A DNA stretch of 64,000 nucleotides from Planctomycetota bacterium (GCA_038060895.1 JBBTCT010000022.1:96001-160000), one strand, 5' to 3'. Positions 29,348 through 38,815 are shown, counted from the first letter of the stretch. Notes: generated by a model from the sequence alone, not told the origin. Program-made: numbers and translations.

Positions 29348-31207
29348 ATGCTCACCATTACCAGCGCCAAGTTTGTCGGTCGGGACGCCGAATTCCAGGC
29401 GTTCAAGGACCTGATCGCCCGGCGCATCCTCCAGGCCGACCCCGCGGCCCACGACGTCTTCATCATGACGGGCCCCCCGGGTATCGGAAAGTCCCGCCTC
29501 TTGCAGGAATTCAAGTACCACGCCCTCATGAAGGAGGTCGGCTTCTTCATGGCCACCTCTCACGACGACGACGTGTCCTCCGCCCCATTCCTCGACATCA
29601 TTCGCCGCATGGTTCACCAGACCCTCGGCGCCTCCGGCCCCATGGTCGGATCCCAGACCCGCCGCCTCCTTGCCCAGACCGCCATCCCGAAAAACCTGTC
29701 CCAGCTCCTCGACAAGCATCGCGCCGCCCTGACCCCCTTCATCCCGGAATTCCGCGCCGAGGGCAATCCTCCCGAAGCCGCCCGCGGCCCACAATGGCAC
29801 AAGGCAGCCTTTAACTTCCTCTCCGACACCGCCCGCGTCATCCCCGCGGTCTATGCCGTCGAGGACCTCCACCTGGCCGACGAGCACACGCTCGCCATGT
29901 TCCGCGACCTCGCCCTTTCAGCCGCCGATCCCGGGCGCCGGCTTGTCCTCGTCGGCTCCACCTACCTCGAACTCTCCCCGGCCCATGCCCTCGCGCCCCT
30001 TCTCGCCCAGCTCCGCACCGCCGGTCGCGTCACCGACGTCCGGCTCGAAGGACTGAAGGCCATCGAGATCGCCGAGCTCATCCGCAACATGCTCCAGATG
30101 GACCGGAGCACCATTCCCCTCGTCAAGCGCATCATCCAGGACTGCCAGGGGAACCCGCTTTTCGTCGAGGAACTCATGAAGCTCCTCATCGAAGAGCGCG
30201 CCATCTACTGCGAAACGACCCGCTTCCGCACCAACCTCGACCGCCCGGAGGAATTCCGCTTCCCGACGTCGCTCGCCGAGTGCTACGTCCGCCGCCTGAA
30301 CCACCTCTCCGCCGACGCGCGCCGCATTCTCGCCGTGCTCGCGGCGCTTCGCAGGCCCGCCGACCTCAACGCCCTGGCCGAGAATGCAGGCTTCGAACGC
30401 GCCCGGATGGGCGAACTCCTCGTCGAAGCCGAACGAAAGGGATTCATCCGCAAGCAGATCGACGAGGACCGGGTCAACTACAAGCTCCGCCACCCGGCCA
30501 TGCGCGACGCCGTCATGTCCACGTCTCTCCAGACCGGGCTGCCCTCCTACCGGGGGGAACGCGGGCTCCGCGAAGTCCTCGAGATCAACAAGGGACTGTT
30601 CATGGAGACGTCCCTCGAAGCGCTTCATCGCCGCATCCTCGAAGGCGCCGCCCTCCTTTCCGGCGCCGAGCGCGGCTTCCTCCTCGCCCGCACCGACGGC
30701 GAAGTGCGCGTCGGCGCGATCCGGCGCTTCGATGCCGAGAAGCTCCTGGGCCCCGCCTACCGGGATCTCATCGACAAGGCCAAGTCCGTGTCCGCCCCGC
30801 AGCGCACCGTCGTCGGCGGCGAAGGCGCGGACCTCGCCCGTGCCAATCCGGAAGGCCTCGGCCTGCGGAGCACGATGTTCCTGCCTCTATCCGTCGGCGC
30901 GGAGAGTTTTGGCGCCCTGTGCCTGGACAACTCGCTGGCGGGCGCGCCGTTTCGCGAGGAAGACCTGCGGCTCGCGACGGAATTCGCCGAGCAGGCCGCC
31001 CTCGCGATCCGCTGTTTCCAGCGCGCGCCCGGACCGGACAAGGAGCCGGACGCGCCGTCCCGGACGCTGGAGTCCGTGGAGCTGGCCTACATTCGCGAAG
31101 TGCTGACCTACGCGGGCGGAAATCTTGCCCAGGCGTCGAGAATTCTGGGTGTGCCGTACGTCACGCTCTGGCGCAAGGTCAAGAAGCACCAGTTGGCGGT
31201 CAAGTAG
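29348..31207 (+). CDS. AAA_16/STAND-like ATPase + GAF + Fis-type HTH regulator
   Basis: FVGRDAEF, GPPGIGKS, EDLHLAD, GNPLFVEEL; GAF (AERGFL..GALCLDN..F); GNLAQASRILGVPYVTLWRK HTH. Confidence 0.8.
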   Translation: MLTITSAKFVGRDAEFQAFKDLIARRILQADPAAHDVFIMTGPPGIGKSRLLQEFKYHALMKEVGFFMATSHDDDVSSAPFLDIIRRMVHQTLGASGPMVGSQTRRLLAQTAIPKNLSQLLDKHRAALTPFIPEFRAEGNPPEAARGPQWHKAAFNFLSDTARVIPAVYAVEDLHLADEHTLAMFRDLALSAADPGRRLVLVGSTYLELSPAHALAPLLAQLRTAGRVTDVRLEGLKAIEIAELIRNMLQMDRSTIPLVKRIIQDCQGNPLFVEELMKLLIEERAIYCETTRFRTNLDRPEEFRFPTSLAECYVRRLNHLSADARRILAVLAALRRPADLNALAENAGFERARMGELLVEAERKGFIRKQIDEDRVNYKLRHPAMRDAVMSTSLQTGLPSYRGERGLREVLEINKGLFMETSLEALHRRILEGAALLSGAERGFLLARTDGEVRVGAIRRFDAEKLLGPAYRDLIDKAKSVSAPQRTVVGGEGADLARANPEGLGLRSTMFLPLSVGAESFGALCLDNSLAGAPFREEDLRLATEFAEQAALAIRCFQRAPGPDKEPDAPSRTLESVELAYIREVLTYAGGNLAQASRILGVPYVTLWRKVKKHQLAVK

Positions 31208-31219
31208 GCCTGCTGCGCC

Positions 31220-31383
31220 AAGTAGCTCCACGTTGATTCTGTGCCATGCAGCCGCCGCGAATCTCGCCGGCCCGCAAGGCGGGCCGGGACTGGAGCGGAA
31301 CGGAGCTCCAGTGAGGATCGACAACGAAGCGGGACGGCGAAAGGCGCGCGGATGCATGGCACAGAATCAACGTGGAGCTACTT
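31220..31383. mobile_element. MITE/REPIN-like element with 31-bp perfect terminal inverted repeats
   Basis: AAGTAGCTCCACGTTGATTCTGTGCCATGCA (31220-31250) with its exact reverse complement at 31353-31383; two internal hairpins. Confidence 0.7.
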
Positions 31384-32035
31384 AGCGCTTTCCGTACCTC
31401 CGCATCGCGAACTTCTTGCCCTTTCCTTCAGCGCGGATGTCCGAGATTTTCGGCGCGTCCGAGCCCTTTTCTTCTCCTGGAGCGCCTCCGGCGCCGGCCG
31501 GGACGGGAGGCGGGATGAAGTTGGGCTCCTGCAACCCGAGCTCCTGCTTCTGCCCTGCCGACAGCGCCATCCGTACCGTCGCCGGCGCTTCCTTCATTTC
31601 GAGACGGACGGTCGGTGGTTTCCCGGCCGATGTGCCGGGCGCCGGTGGCGGGGCGGGCGGCGGCGCGGCGACCGGCGCAGGCTCGCCGATCGGCTTCGAC
31701 TTCTCCACCAGCTCGAATGCGATCTTCTCCGGTGTCACATTCGAGGTCTGGCACTTCGGGCACTTGATCTTCTGCCCCACCGCAAGCCCCGCGACGTTCA
31801 TCTTCATCGCGCATTTAATGCAGAACACGACCCGCCGGCCCTGCTTCTTGTTCAACTCGAAGACCTGCGCTTCGCTCAGGTATCCCTTCTGCAGCATGAT
31901 CCGGTCCACCGTCGTCTGGCGCCCTTCCTTCTCAATCTCCTCCTGGTACTTGAGGCACTCTTCAACCCGCTCCCTGGTTGCGAGTTTTTCCTTCACCGCG
32001 AGAGAAGTGAATTCCACGTCGCCTTTGCTGGGCAT
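31382..32035 (-). CDS. Hypothetical protein: helical N-domain, Zn-finger, Pro-rich tail
   Basis: CIKC..CPKC; the N-terminus (EECLKYQ..IMLQKGYLS) resembles PilB/MshEN-like helical domains. Confidence 0.65.
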   Translation of the reverse strand: MPSKGDVEFTSLAVKEKLATRERVEECLKYQEEIEKEGRQTTVDRIMLQKGYLSEAQVFELNKKQGRRVVFCIKCAMKMNVAGLAVGQKIKCPKCQTSNVTPEKIAFELVEKSKPIGEPAPVAAPPPAPPPAPGTSAGKPPTVRLEMKEAPATVRMALSAGQKQELGLQEPNFIPPPVPAGAGGAPGEEKGSDAPKISDIRAEGKGKKFAMRRYGKR

Positions 32036-32189
32036 GGGCGGTTCTCCTGGGCCGGGCCGATGACCGCGACTTTATCGCGCCCGGCGACGCGTCCCACCAT
32101 AAATCAGCATGCCCGTGTCTGCGGGCAGCCCTGTTCCCGGCGGCTCCCCGTCGTGCTACCATTCGGCCGTTCATTGGAGGCCAGCGACC

Positions 32190-32585
32190 GTGGTCCGGAT
32201 GGAACTCTCCCGCATCGTCCTCTGCGAAACGAGCGACCAGCAGGTCATCACCCTCAAGGAAACCGGGGGGGAACGCTCGTTCCCCATCACGATCGGGATC
32301 TACGAAGCGGCCGCCATCGAGCGCAAGATCAAGGGCCAGCGCTCCGTCCGCCCGCTCACCCATGACCTCCTGACGTCCGTCATCGCCGAATTGGGCGCCC
32401 GAATCGCCCGGATCGTGGTCTGCGAGCTTCGCGAAGAGACTTACTTCGCAAAGCTGATCCTGGATAAGGAGGGGCAGGAAATGGAAATCGACGCGCGCCC
32501 CAGCGACGCCATCGCCCTGGCCATCGCTTCCAGCGCACCCATCTTCGTGGACGAGTCCGTCTTTGAAGCGATCGATTCGCACTAG
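32190..32585 (+). CDS. Bifunctional nuclease family (DUF151)
   Basis: FPITIGIYEAAAI, RPLTHDL, IDARPSDAIALA; GGAGG RBS before GTG. Confidence 0.92.
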   Translation: MVRMELSRIVLCETSDQQVITLKETGGERSFPITIGIYEAAAIERKIKGQRSVRPLTHDLLTSVIAELGARIARIVVCELREETYFAKLILDKEGQEMEIDARPSDAIALAIASSAPIFVDESVFEAIDSH

Positions 32586-32655
32586 GGGCGCCCGGTCGGC
32601 CCAACCCCTTCACGCGCGGGGCGTTTAACCACGGAAGCCCCCCCTCGGAGATCCC

Positions 32656-33477
32656 ATGCGTCCGCTCGCTCCTCTTCTTGTCCTCGCCCTCGCCCTCCCC
32701 GCCTCCGCAGGCGGCCTCGTCGAGCTCGCAGGCAAATCCATCGACGATTACACGTTTTCCTTCCGTGCCCGCTGCTGGACCAGCGACCAGAACTCTCTGG
32801 TCCAGGACTCGACGACTGCCCAGCCAGGAAGCGCCATCGACCTCTTTGACGACACCGATCTCGACCGGCGCATCTACATGCCCTGGGTCGACGCTGAGCT
32901 TCGCTTCGACGAACTCGCCATCCGTTTCGACTATTTCTGGGCCAACGACCAGATCCGCGGCGAATTCCGGGAAGGGGAAGGGTTCGACGGCCACGTGTTT
33001 CTGAGAGGCGACCGCGCGCTCATGCGCTTCCAGGCCCAGCAGGGGAGCGGTCACTTCGAATGGATTCCGTTGGATCTCGGAAGCGAAAAGACGATCGGAC
33101 TTGAGATCGGGCTGCTGTTCGGGGCGAGGCTTACGCGGATGGAAGCGCAGTTCCGGGACTCGGCTTCGGGCCAGCAATTCCACTCGAGTCTGGTAGGGGT
33201 AGGGCCGGACCCGGGTCTGACCATCACGCTGGGTGTGCTGAACTTCCTGTCAGTTGAGGGCCGGGTGTCAGGGATGCAATTCCGGCTGGGGACATACGAC
33301 TATCGCGCGCTGGACGCCAGCGTAGAGCTGAGGTTTTTCATCGACGACCACTTCTACATCGGACTCGGCTACAAGTACTGCTACGCGTCCATAGCGAAGG
33401 GAGAGGCCGATGAAAACGGCAGGCTCCTCGAATTTGCGTATTTCGGACCCTTTGCGGGCATCGGCCTCCAGTTCTGA
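32656..33477 (+). CDS. Outer-membrane beta-barrel protein
   Basis: Signal peptide, alternating beta-strand pattern, C-terminal GPFAGIGLQF. Confidence 0.7.
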   Translation: MRPLAPLLVLALALPASAGGLVELAGKSIDDYTFSFRARCWTSDQNSLVQDSTTAQPGSAIDLFDDTDLDRRIYMPWVDAELRFDELAIRFDYFWANDQIRGEFREGEGFDGHVFLRGDRALMRFQAQQGSGHFEWIPLDLGSEKTIGLEIGLLFGARLTRMEAQFRDSASGQQFHSSLVGVGPDPGLTITLGVLNFLSVEGRVSGMQFRLGTYDYRALDASVELRFFIDDHFYIGLGYKYCYASIAKGEADENGRLLEFAYFGPFAGIGLQF

Positions 33478-33627
33478 AACTGCGAGCGCGGATTGCCCTG
33501 AGGCGCTCGGCGCTGGCCCGCCCGACGCGCATCGAATGCGCGCTTTGTCTCGTCCACGGCAGCCGCAGCATTTCGCGGCCCCCTCCCCCGTGGGCGCAGC
33601 CCCGCGCGTCCCATCGCCTCGAAATAA

Positions 33628-33675
33628 TGGAGGGTGAGGGATTCGAACCCCCGGAACCTCAACCCGGACCTCTCC
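33628..33675 (-). pseudogene. tRNA-like minihelix or tRNA remnant (acceptor stem + T-arm only)
   Basis: Minus strand reads GGAGAGGTCCGGGTTGAGGTTCCGGGGGTTCGAATCCCTCACCCTCCA; no D or anticodon arm. Confidence 0.5.
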
Positions 33676-33829
33676 GCAGAAGACGACACGGACCAGCATA
33701 TCCGGCGGGGACGGCCCCGAAAAGTGAAGGTCAGATTCCCCGGTTTTAATTGCCCGAATCCCCGGCCCGGCCTAGACTTACAGGCCCGAATTTTCGAATC
33801 CCCGACGACCTGCAACTGGAGAAATCGCC

Positions 33830-35659
33830 GTGACGACCAGCCTCGCGCCCGAAAAGCCCAAGATTCAGGCCCCCGTGATCAACGACTTCTCGATCGAAAT
33901 CGCCACCGTGAACGGGTCGGGAAGCCAGACCGCCAACAACATGATCATGCGGTCGATCTTCCAGATGGGGGTTCCCTGCAGCGGCAAGAACCTCTTCCCG
34001 TCCAACATCGCCGGCCTGCCCACCTGGTACACCATCCGGGCGAACAAGGACGGCTACATCGCCCGCAAGGCGGAACTCGACATCCTCATCTGCATGAACC
34101 CCGACACGGTGTTCGAGGACATCCAGGGGCTCCGTCCGGGGGCCGTCTGCCTGTACAACGACGAACTGCCGGTCTCCGAGGACCTGCGCGCGGACATCAC
34201 CTGGTACCGCATTCCCTTCGCAAAGATCGTCAAGGAGTGCTGCCCGGACGCGAAGCTCCGCCGCCTGGTCACCAACATCATCTACGTCGGCGTCCTCGAT
34301 TTCCTTCTCGAGGTCGATATCCAGGAGACCTTCAAGGCCCTGCGGAAAAACTTCGCGCGCAAACCCAAGGCAGCCGAAATCAACATCGTGGCGGCGCAGG
34401 CGGGGTATGACTGGGCGAAGGCGAATCTGACGAAGCGCGACCCGTACCGCGTGCAGCGGATGGACAAGACGCAGGGCAAGATCATCATCGAGGGGAACGC
34501 CGCAGCCGCGCTGGGCGCGGTGTTCGCCGGCGTCACGGTGCTGACCTGGTACCCGATCACGCCTTCGTCCTCGCTGTGCGAGTCGATGATCGACTACCTC
34601 GAGGAATACCGCGTCGACAAGGCCACCGGCAAGCCGACGTTCGCCCACGTTCAGGCCGAGGACGAGCTCGCTTCGATCGGCATGGTCCTGGGCGCCGGCT
34701 GGGCCGGCGCCCGCGCCTGCACCGCGACCGCGGGCCCCGGCATCAGCCTCATGAACGAGTTCATCGGCCTCTCCTACTACGCCGAGATCCCCGCCGTCAT
34801 CTTCGACGTCCAGCGCACCGGCCCCTCCACCGGTCTTCCGACCCGCACCATGCAGGGCGACATCCGGCTCTGCGCCGGAGCCTCCCACGGCGATACGAAA
34901 CACCCGATGCTCTTCCCCTGCGATCCCTCCGAAGCGTTTGAGATGGCCGGCATTTCGTTCGACCTCGCCGAACGCCTTCAGACCACCGTCTTCGTCATGC
35001 TCGACCTGGACCTGGGCATGAACAACTGGATGTCAGATCCCTTCGCTTACCCGACCAAGCCGCTCGATCGCGGCAAGGTCCTCTCCGTCGAGGACCTCAA
35101 GCGCCTCGGCAAGTTCGAGCGCTACCGCGACGTCGACGGCGACGGCATCCCGTATCGCACTCTTCCCGGGACCGATCACGCCCTCGCGCCGTACTTCACG
35201 CGCGGAAGCGGCCACAACGAGAAGGCGCAGTACTCGGAGAAGCCGGCCGACTACAAGAACAACATGGACCGCCTCGCGAGGAAGTTCGAGACGGCGCGCA
35301 AGCACGTCCCGGCGCCGGTTGTCGAGAACGAGCCGGGCGCCGAGATTGGCTTCATCGCCTTCGGCACGACGCATCATGCAATGAAGGAGTGCCGCGACCA
35401 GCTGCGCAACGAGAAGGGGGTCAAGACGTCGTACCTGCGCCTCCGGGCCTACCCCTTCAGCCAGGACCTCAAGGATTTCATCACGAAGCACAAGCGCATT
35501 TACGTTGTCGAGCAGAACCGGGACGGCCAGATGCGCGACCTGATTGCGCTGGAAGTCGGCCCCGACGTCGCCAAGGTCCGGAGCATCCGCAACTACAACG
35601 GCATCCCTATCGACGCCCGCATGATCACCAACACCTTGCTGAGCCAGGAGGGCAAATAA
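33830..35659 (+). CDS. korA: 2-oxoacid:ferredoxin oxidoreductase alpha subunit
   Basis: NGSGSQ, YPITPSS, QAEDE, ATAGPGISLM, QRTGPSTGLPT, VVEQN. Confidence 0.92.
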   Translation: MTTSLAPEKPKIQAPVINDFSIEIATVNGSGSQTANNMIMRSIFQMGVPCSGKNLFPSNIAGLPTWYTIRANKDGYIARKAELDILICMNPDTVFEDIQGLRPGAVCLYNDELPVSEDLRADITWYRIPFAKIVKECCPDAKLRRLVTNIIYVGVLDFLLEVDIQETFKALRKNFARKPKAAEINIVAAQAGYDWAKANLTKRDPYRVQRMDKTQGKIIIEGNAAAALGAVFAGVTVLTWYPITPSSSLCESMIDYLEEYRVDKATGKPTFAHVQAEDELASIGMVLGAGWAGARACTATAGPGISLMNEFIGLSYYAEIPAVIFDVQRTGPSTGLPTRTMQGDIRLCAGASHGDTKHPMLFPCDPSEAFEMAGISFDLAERLQTTVFVMLDLDLGMNNWMSDPFAYPTKPLDRGKVLSVEDLKRLGKFERYRDVDGDGIPYRTLPGTDHALAPYFTRGSGHNEKAQYSEKPADYKNNMDRLARKFETARKHVPAPVVENEPGAEIGFIAFGTTHHAMKECRDQLRNEKGVKTSYLRLRAYPFSQDLKDFITKHKRIYVVEQNRDGQMRDLIALEVGPDVAKVRSIRNYNGIPIDARMITNTLLSQEGK

Positions 35660-35660
35660 G

Positions 35661-36719
35661 ATGGCGCCGGAAATCGCCTCACCGCAGGTCCCGCCGCAGG
35701 AGCGCAAGCAGAACCGCCTGGGCCTGACGCTGCCGGACTACCAGGGAAGCGCCTCGACGCTCTGCGCCGGGTGCGGGCACGACTCGATCACGAACCAGAT
35801 CATCCGCGCCTTTTTCGAGATGGGCGTTGCGCCGCACATGGTGGCGAAGATGAGCGGGATCGGGTGCAGCTCGAAGACGCCGGCCTACTTCCTCGGCAAG
35901 TCGCACGGATTCAACGCCGTCCACGGACGCATGCCCGCGATCGCGACGGGCGCAGTCCTCGGCAACAAGAAGCTGGTCACGATCGGTATTTCCGGCGACG
36001 GCGACACCGCCTCGATCGGCATGGGGCAGTTCGTGCACCTCCTGCACCGCAACGCGCCGTGCATCTACATCATGGAGAACAACGGCGTGTACGGCCTGAC
36101 GAAGGGCCAGTTCAGCGCCACGGCCGATTTCGGATCGAAGTCGAAGTGGGGCAAGGAGAACCAGACCCCGCCGATCGACTGCTGCGCGATGGCGGTCGAG
36201 CTCGGGTGCGGATTCGTGGCGCGGTCGTTCTCGGGTGACACCAAGCAGATGGTCACGCTTCTCAAGGCCGCCGTGGCGCACAAGGGGACGGCCTTCCTCG
36301 ACATCGTCTCGCCGTGCATCACGTTCAACAACCACGAGGGCTCGACCAAGTCGTACAAGTGGGCCAAGGACCACGAGGAAGAGCTGCACGAGATCGGCTT
36401 CGTCCCGTTCTTCGACCAGACCGAGGCGGAAGTCAAGCCCGGCGAGACGAAGGAAGTCCAGTTCCCCGACGGCTCGAGGATTCGCTTCAAGGCCGTCGGC
36501 AAGGAATACGACCCGACCAGCAAGGAGCAGGCTCTCCTCGAACTGCTCCGCACCCGCGAGCAGAACTCGTTCCTCACCGGCATGCTCTACCTGAACACGA
36601 AGACTCCGGACCTGTGCACCCAGCTCGACATGCCGGATGCCCCGCTCGCGACGCTTCCCGAAAGCCTGACCCGGCCGCCGAAGGCGATCCTCGACGAGGT
36701 CATGGAACGCCTGAAATAG
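35661..36719 (+). CDS. korB: 2-oxoacid:ferredoxin oxidoreductase beta subunit
   Basis: CAGCG, SGIGCS, HGR, GDGD..NNGVYGLTKGQ TPP motif. Confidence 0.92.
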   Translation: MAPEIASPQVPPQERKQNRLGLTLPDYQGSASTLCAGCGHDSITNQIIRAFFEMGVAPHMVAKMSGIGCSSKTPAYFLGKSHGFNAVHGRMPAIATGAVLGNKKLVTIGISGDGDTASIGMGQFVHLLHRNAPCIYIMENNGVYGLTKGQFSATADFGSKSKWGKENQTPPIDCCAMAVELGCGFVARSFSGDTKQMVTLLKAAVAHKGTAFLDIVSPCITFNNHEGSTKSYKWAKDHEEELHEIGFVPFFDQTEAEVKPGETKEVQFPDGSRIRFKAVGKEYDPTSKEQALLELLRTREQNSFLTGMLYLNTKTPDLCTQLDMPDAPLATLPESLTRPPKAILDEVMERLK

Positions 36720-36751
36720 TTGGTAGTCGGTGGTGGGTGGGGGGTAGGAAC
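36717..36751. repeat. G-rich heptamer repeat (GGTAGGA family), half element
   Basis: TAGTTGG TAGTCGG TGGTGGG TGGGGGG TAGGAAC, starting at the korB stop codon. Confidence 0.55.
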
Positions 36752-36756
36752 GACAA

Positions 36757-36787
36757 AGAAACGGCCTCCTGAACGGGGGCCGTTCTC
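36757..36787 (+). terminator. Hairpin after korB
   Basis: AACGGCCTCC-TGAAC-GGGGGCCGTT. Confidence 0.55.
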
Positions 36788-36860
36788 ATTGAAAAGAAGT
36801 GATGTCCCCGAGGACATCGGCTGCTAAATTGACCGCCCGCGGTCGTTGTCGTTCTCTGAT

Positions 36861-36954
36861 TTCACGGGGCGGGAATGTGAAGCGGAGTTCGTGCGGTTCG
36901 CGCGTCTTTTCGTGCGAGCCGCACGAACTCCGCTTCACATTCCCGCCCCGTGAA
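36861..36954. repeat. 44-bp-arm hairpin immediately upstream of tRNA-Ser
   Basis: Arms at 36861-36904 and 36911-36954; the two DNA mismatches are G-U pairs on the + strand. Confidence 0.85.
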
Positions 36955-36958
36955 TTCA

Positions 36959-37048
36959 GGAGAGGTGGCAGAGTGGCCTATCGCGGCGGCTTGCTAAGCC
37001 GTTGTACGGGTTATGCCTGTACCCAGGGTTCGAATCCCTGCCTCTCCG
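36959..37048 (+). tRNA. tRNA-Ser(GCT)
   Basis: GGAGAGG/CCTCTCC acceptor, anticodon loop TTGCTAA, long variable arm, GGTTCGAATCC; CCA not encoded. Confidence 0.95.
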
Positions 37049-37167
37049 TCGCCGAAGCGGGTTGGCCTGGCGGGACGCTCCGGCGTGGCCGATGTGAAGG
37101 GGTGTTCCGGAGGGCGGCCCTGGCGGCCGCGCCTCCGCGCCCCACCAGGCCAACCCGCTTCGGCGAC
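37048..37167. repeat. 23-bp inverted-repeat element directly after tRNA-Ser
   Basis: GTCGCCGAAGCGGGTTGGCCTGG ... CCAGGCCAACCCGCTTCGGCGAC. Confidence 0.75.
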
Positions 37168-37191
37168 CTGACGGCTGTGACGCCTGACCTT

Positions 37192-37347
37192 GCCTGAGCG
37201 CGAGAGGGATGAGCGGCTTGAAGTGGGTGGCGCCGGTCCGGCCGGACGCGCCGAGTTGGTCCAGTCCTTGATTCCACGACTGCCTCAGTCTCGCCGGATG
37301 GACTGGCGCTGCCCACTTCAAGCCGCGCATCCCTCCCGCGCTCAGGC
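37192..37347. repeat. 48-bp imperfect inverted-repeat (MITE/REPIN-like) element
   Basis: Arms 37192-37239 and 37300-37347 with 5 differences. Confidence 0.75.
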
Positions 37348-37377
37348 TTGACGCTCACTGCCGCGCGGGACTAGGAT
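37348..37377 (+). promoter_or_regulatory. Putative sigma70 promoter for the ferredoxin
   Basis: TTGACG-N18-TAGGAT. Confidence 0.45.
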
Positions 37378-37426
37378 GATCGGGTTCCACTGAACGATTC
37401 CCGAATGAGACTGGAGACAGGACGCC

Positions 37427-37921
37427 ATGGGCGGCTACACGATCCGGGAAGGGTGCATCGGCTGCACGGTCTGCGCGAAGCGCTGCCCGACCGAGGCGAT
37501 CACGGGCTCGACGAAGAAAATGCACTACATCGACCCCGAGCTGTGCATCGACTGCGGGGTGTGCGGGTCGTACTGCCCCGTGGACTGCATCTACGACCAG
37601 TTCGGCCAGCAGACGTTCATGATCAAGCAGGCCAAGCTCCGGCCGCTCGCCATCGTGCTCGAGGAAAACTGCACCGGCTGCGAAGCGTGCGTGAACATCT
37701 GTCCCTTCGACTGCCTTTCCATGCGCAAGGGCGGGGAAGAGGGCCACTTCTTTACCGTGTCCTGGCTTTCCAAGCCGAAGGCCTGCGTGGCCTGCAAGCT
37801 CTGCGAAGTGGCGTGCGGTGACAAGGAAGCGATCAAAGTCGTGTGGCCCGACAAGACCGGAGCCCTGGATCCTTACGGCGAGCCGCTGGTCAGTTTCAAC
37901 CTCCCGGCTTCGCTGAAATAG
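37427..37921 (+). CDS. Polyferredoxin with 4 x [4Fe-4S] motifs
   Basis: CIGCTVCAKRCP, CIDCGVCGSYCP, CTGCEACVNICP, CVACKLCEVAC. Confidence 0.9.
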   Translation: MGGYTIREGCIGCTVCAKRCPTEAITGSTKKMHYIDPELCIDCGVCGSYCPVDCIYDQFGQQTFMIKQAKLRPLAIVLEENCTGCEACVNICPFDCLSMRKGGEEGHFFTVSWLSKPKACVACKLCEVACGDKEAIKVVWPDKTGALDPYGEPLVSFNLPASLK

Positions 37922-38009
37922 CGCGGCCGGAAATGCGGAGTTCGGGGGTCTCCATCGCAACCATTTCCATCCCGGTTTCGACGCCGCCCCCGGAATGCGG
38001 GGGATTGCG

Positions 38010-38762
38010 GTGATCGCTATCGTCTCCGACATCCACGCGAACCTCGAGGCCCTCGAGGCAACGCTCAAGGACATCCGTGCCCAGAACGTGACGGAGATTC
38101 TGTGCCTGGGCGACGTGATCGGCTACGGCCCCAATCCGCGCGAGTGCCTGCGCATCGCGATGAAAGAGTGCCGCTTCAATCTGCTCGGCAACCACGAGCA
38201 GGCCGTCATGCAGGGTCCGATCGGGTTCAACCCCAAGGCGAAGAAGGCCGTGGAGTGGACGAAGGAGCAGCTGACGGCGAAGGAGTTTCCGGAAGCGGAG
38301 AACCTGGACTTCTGGAAGTACCTGAACTCGATGCCGGCGCAGCTGACGGAGGGAACGATCCTCTTCGTGCACGCTTCGCCTCTCGACCCCACGAACCAGT
38401 ACGTCGTGCCGATGGACGCGTACAACGAGGCGTTCATCGACGAGTTGATGGACGTGATTCCGCAGATCGCCTTCTGCGGCCACACGCACATCCCCGGGAT
38501 CTTCACGCAGGACTACCTGTTTCTGTCGCCGCAGGACATCGACAACGAGTACATCCAGGGCGAGAAGAAGCTTCTCGTGAACGTCGGCTCGATCGGCCAG
38601 CCGCGCGACGGGGATAACCGGTCGTGCTACATCCTGTGGGATGCCGAGAAGCGGTCGGTGAAGTACCGGCGCGTGGAGTACGACTTTGAGACGACGATCA
38701 AGAAGATCGAGAAGAGCGGGCTGCCGGAGACGCTGGGATTGAGACTGGCTCGCGGCGTCTAG
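38010..38762 (+). CDS. Calcineurin-like metallophosphoesterase
   Basis: SDIHAN, LGDVIGYG, GNHE, GHTH, NVGSIGQPRD. Confidence 0.92.
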   Translation: MIAIVSDIHANLEALEATLKDIRAQNVTEILCLGDVIGYGPNPRECLRIAMKECRFNLLGNHEQAVMQGPIGFNPKAKKAVEWTKEQLTAKEFPEAENLDFWKYLNSMPAQLTEGTILFVHASPLDPTNQYVVPMDAYNEAFIDELMDVIPQIAFCGHTHIPGIFTQDYLFLSPQDIDNEYIQGEKKLLVNVGSIGQPRDGDNRSCYILWDAEKRSVKYRRVEYDFETTIKKIEKSGLPETLGLRLARGV

Positions 38763-38815
38763 GTGGCCAGCGGCGGGTAGCCCCGAATGTCCGCTTCGCT
38801 TAATCTGGTCCGATC

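Noticed and set aside
36959-37400. Prophage or island integrated at tRNA-Ser
   Set aside because: No integrase nearby, and the flanking genes are housekeeping.
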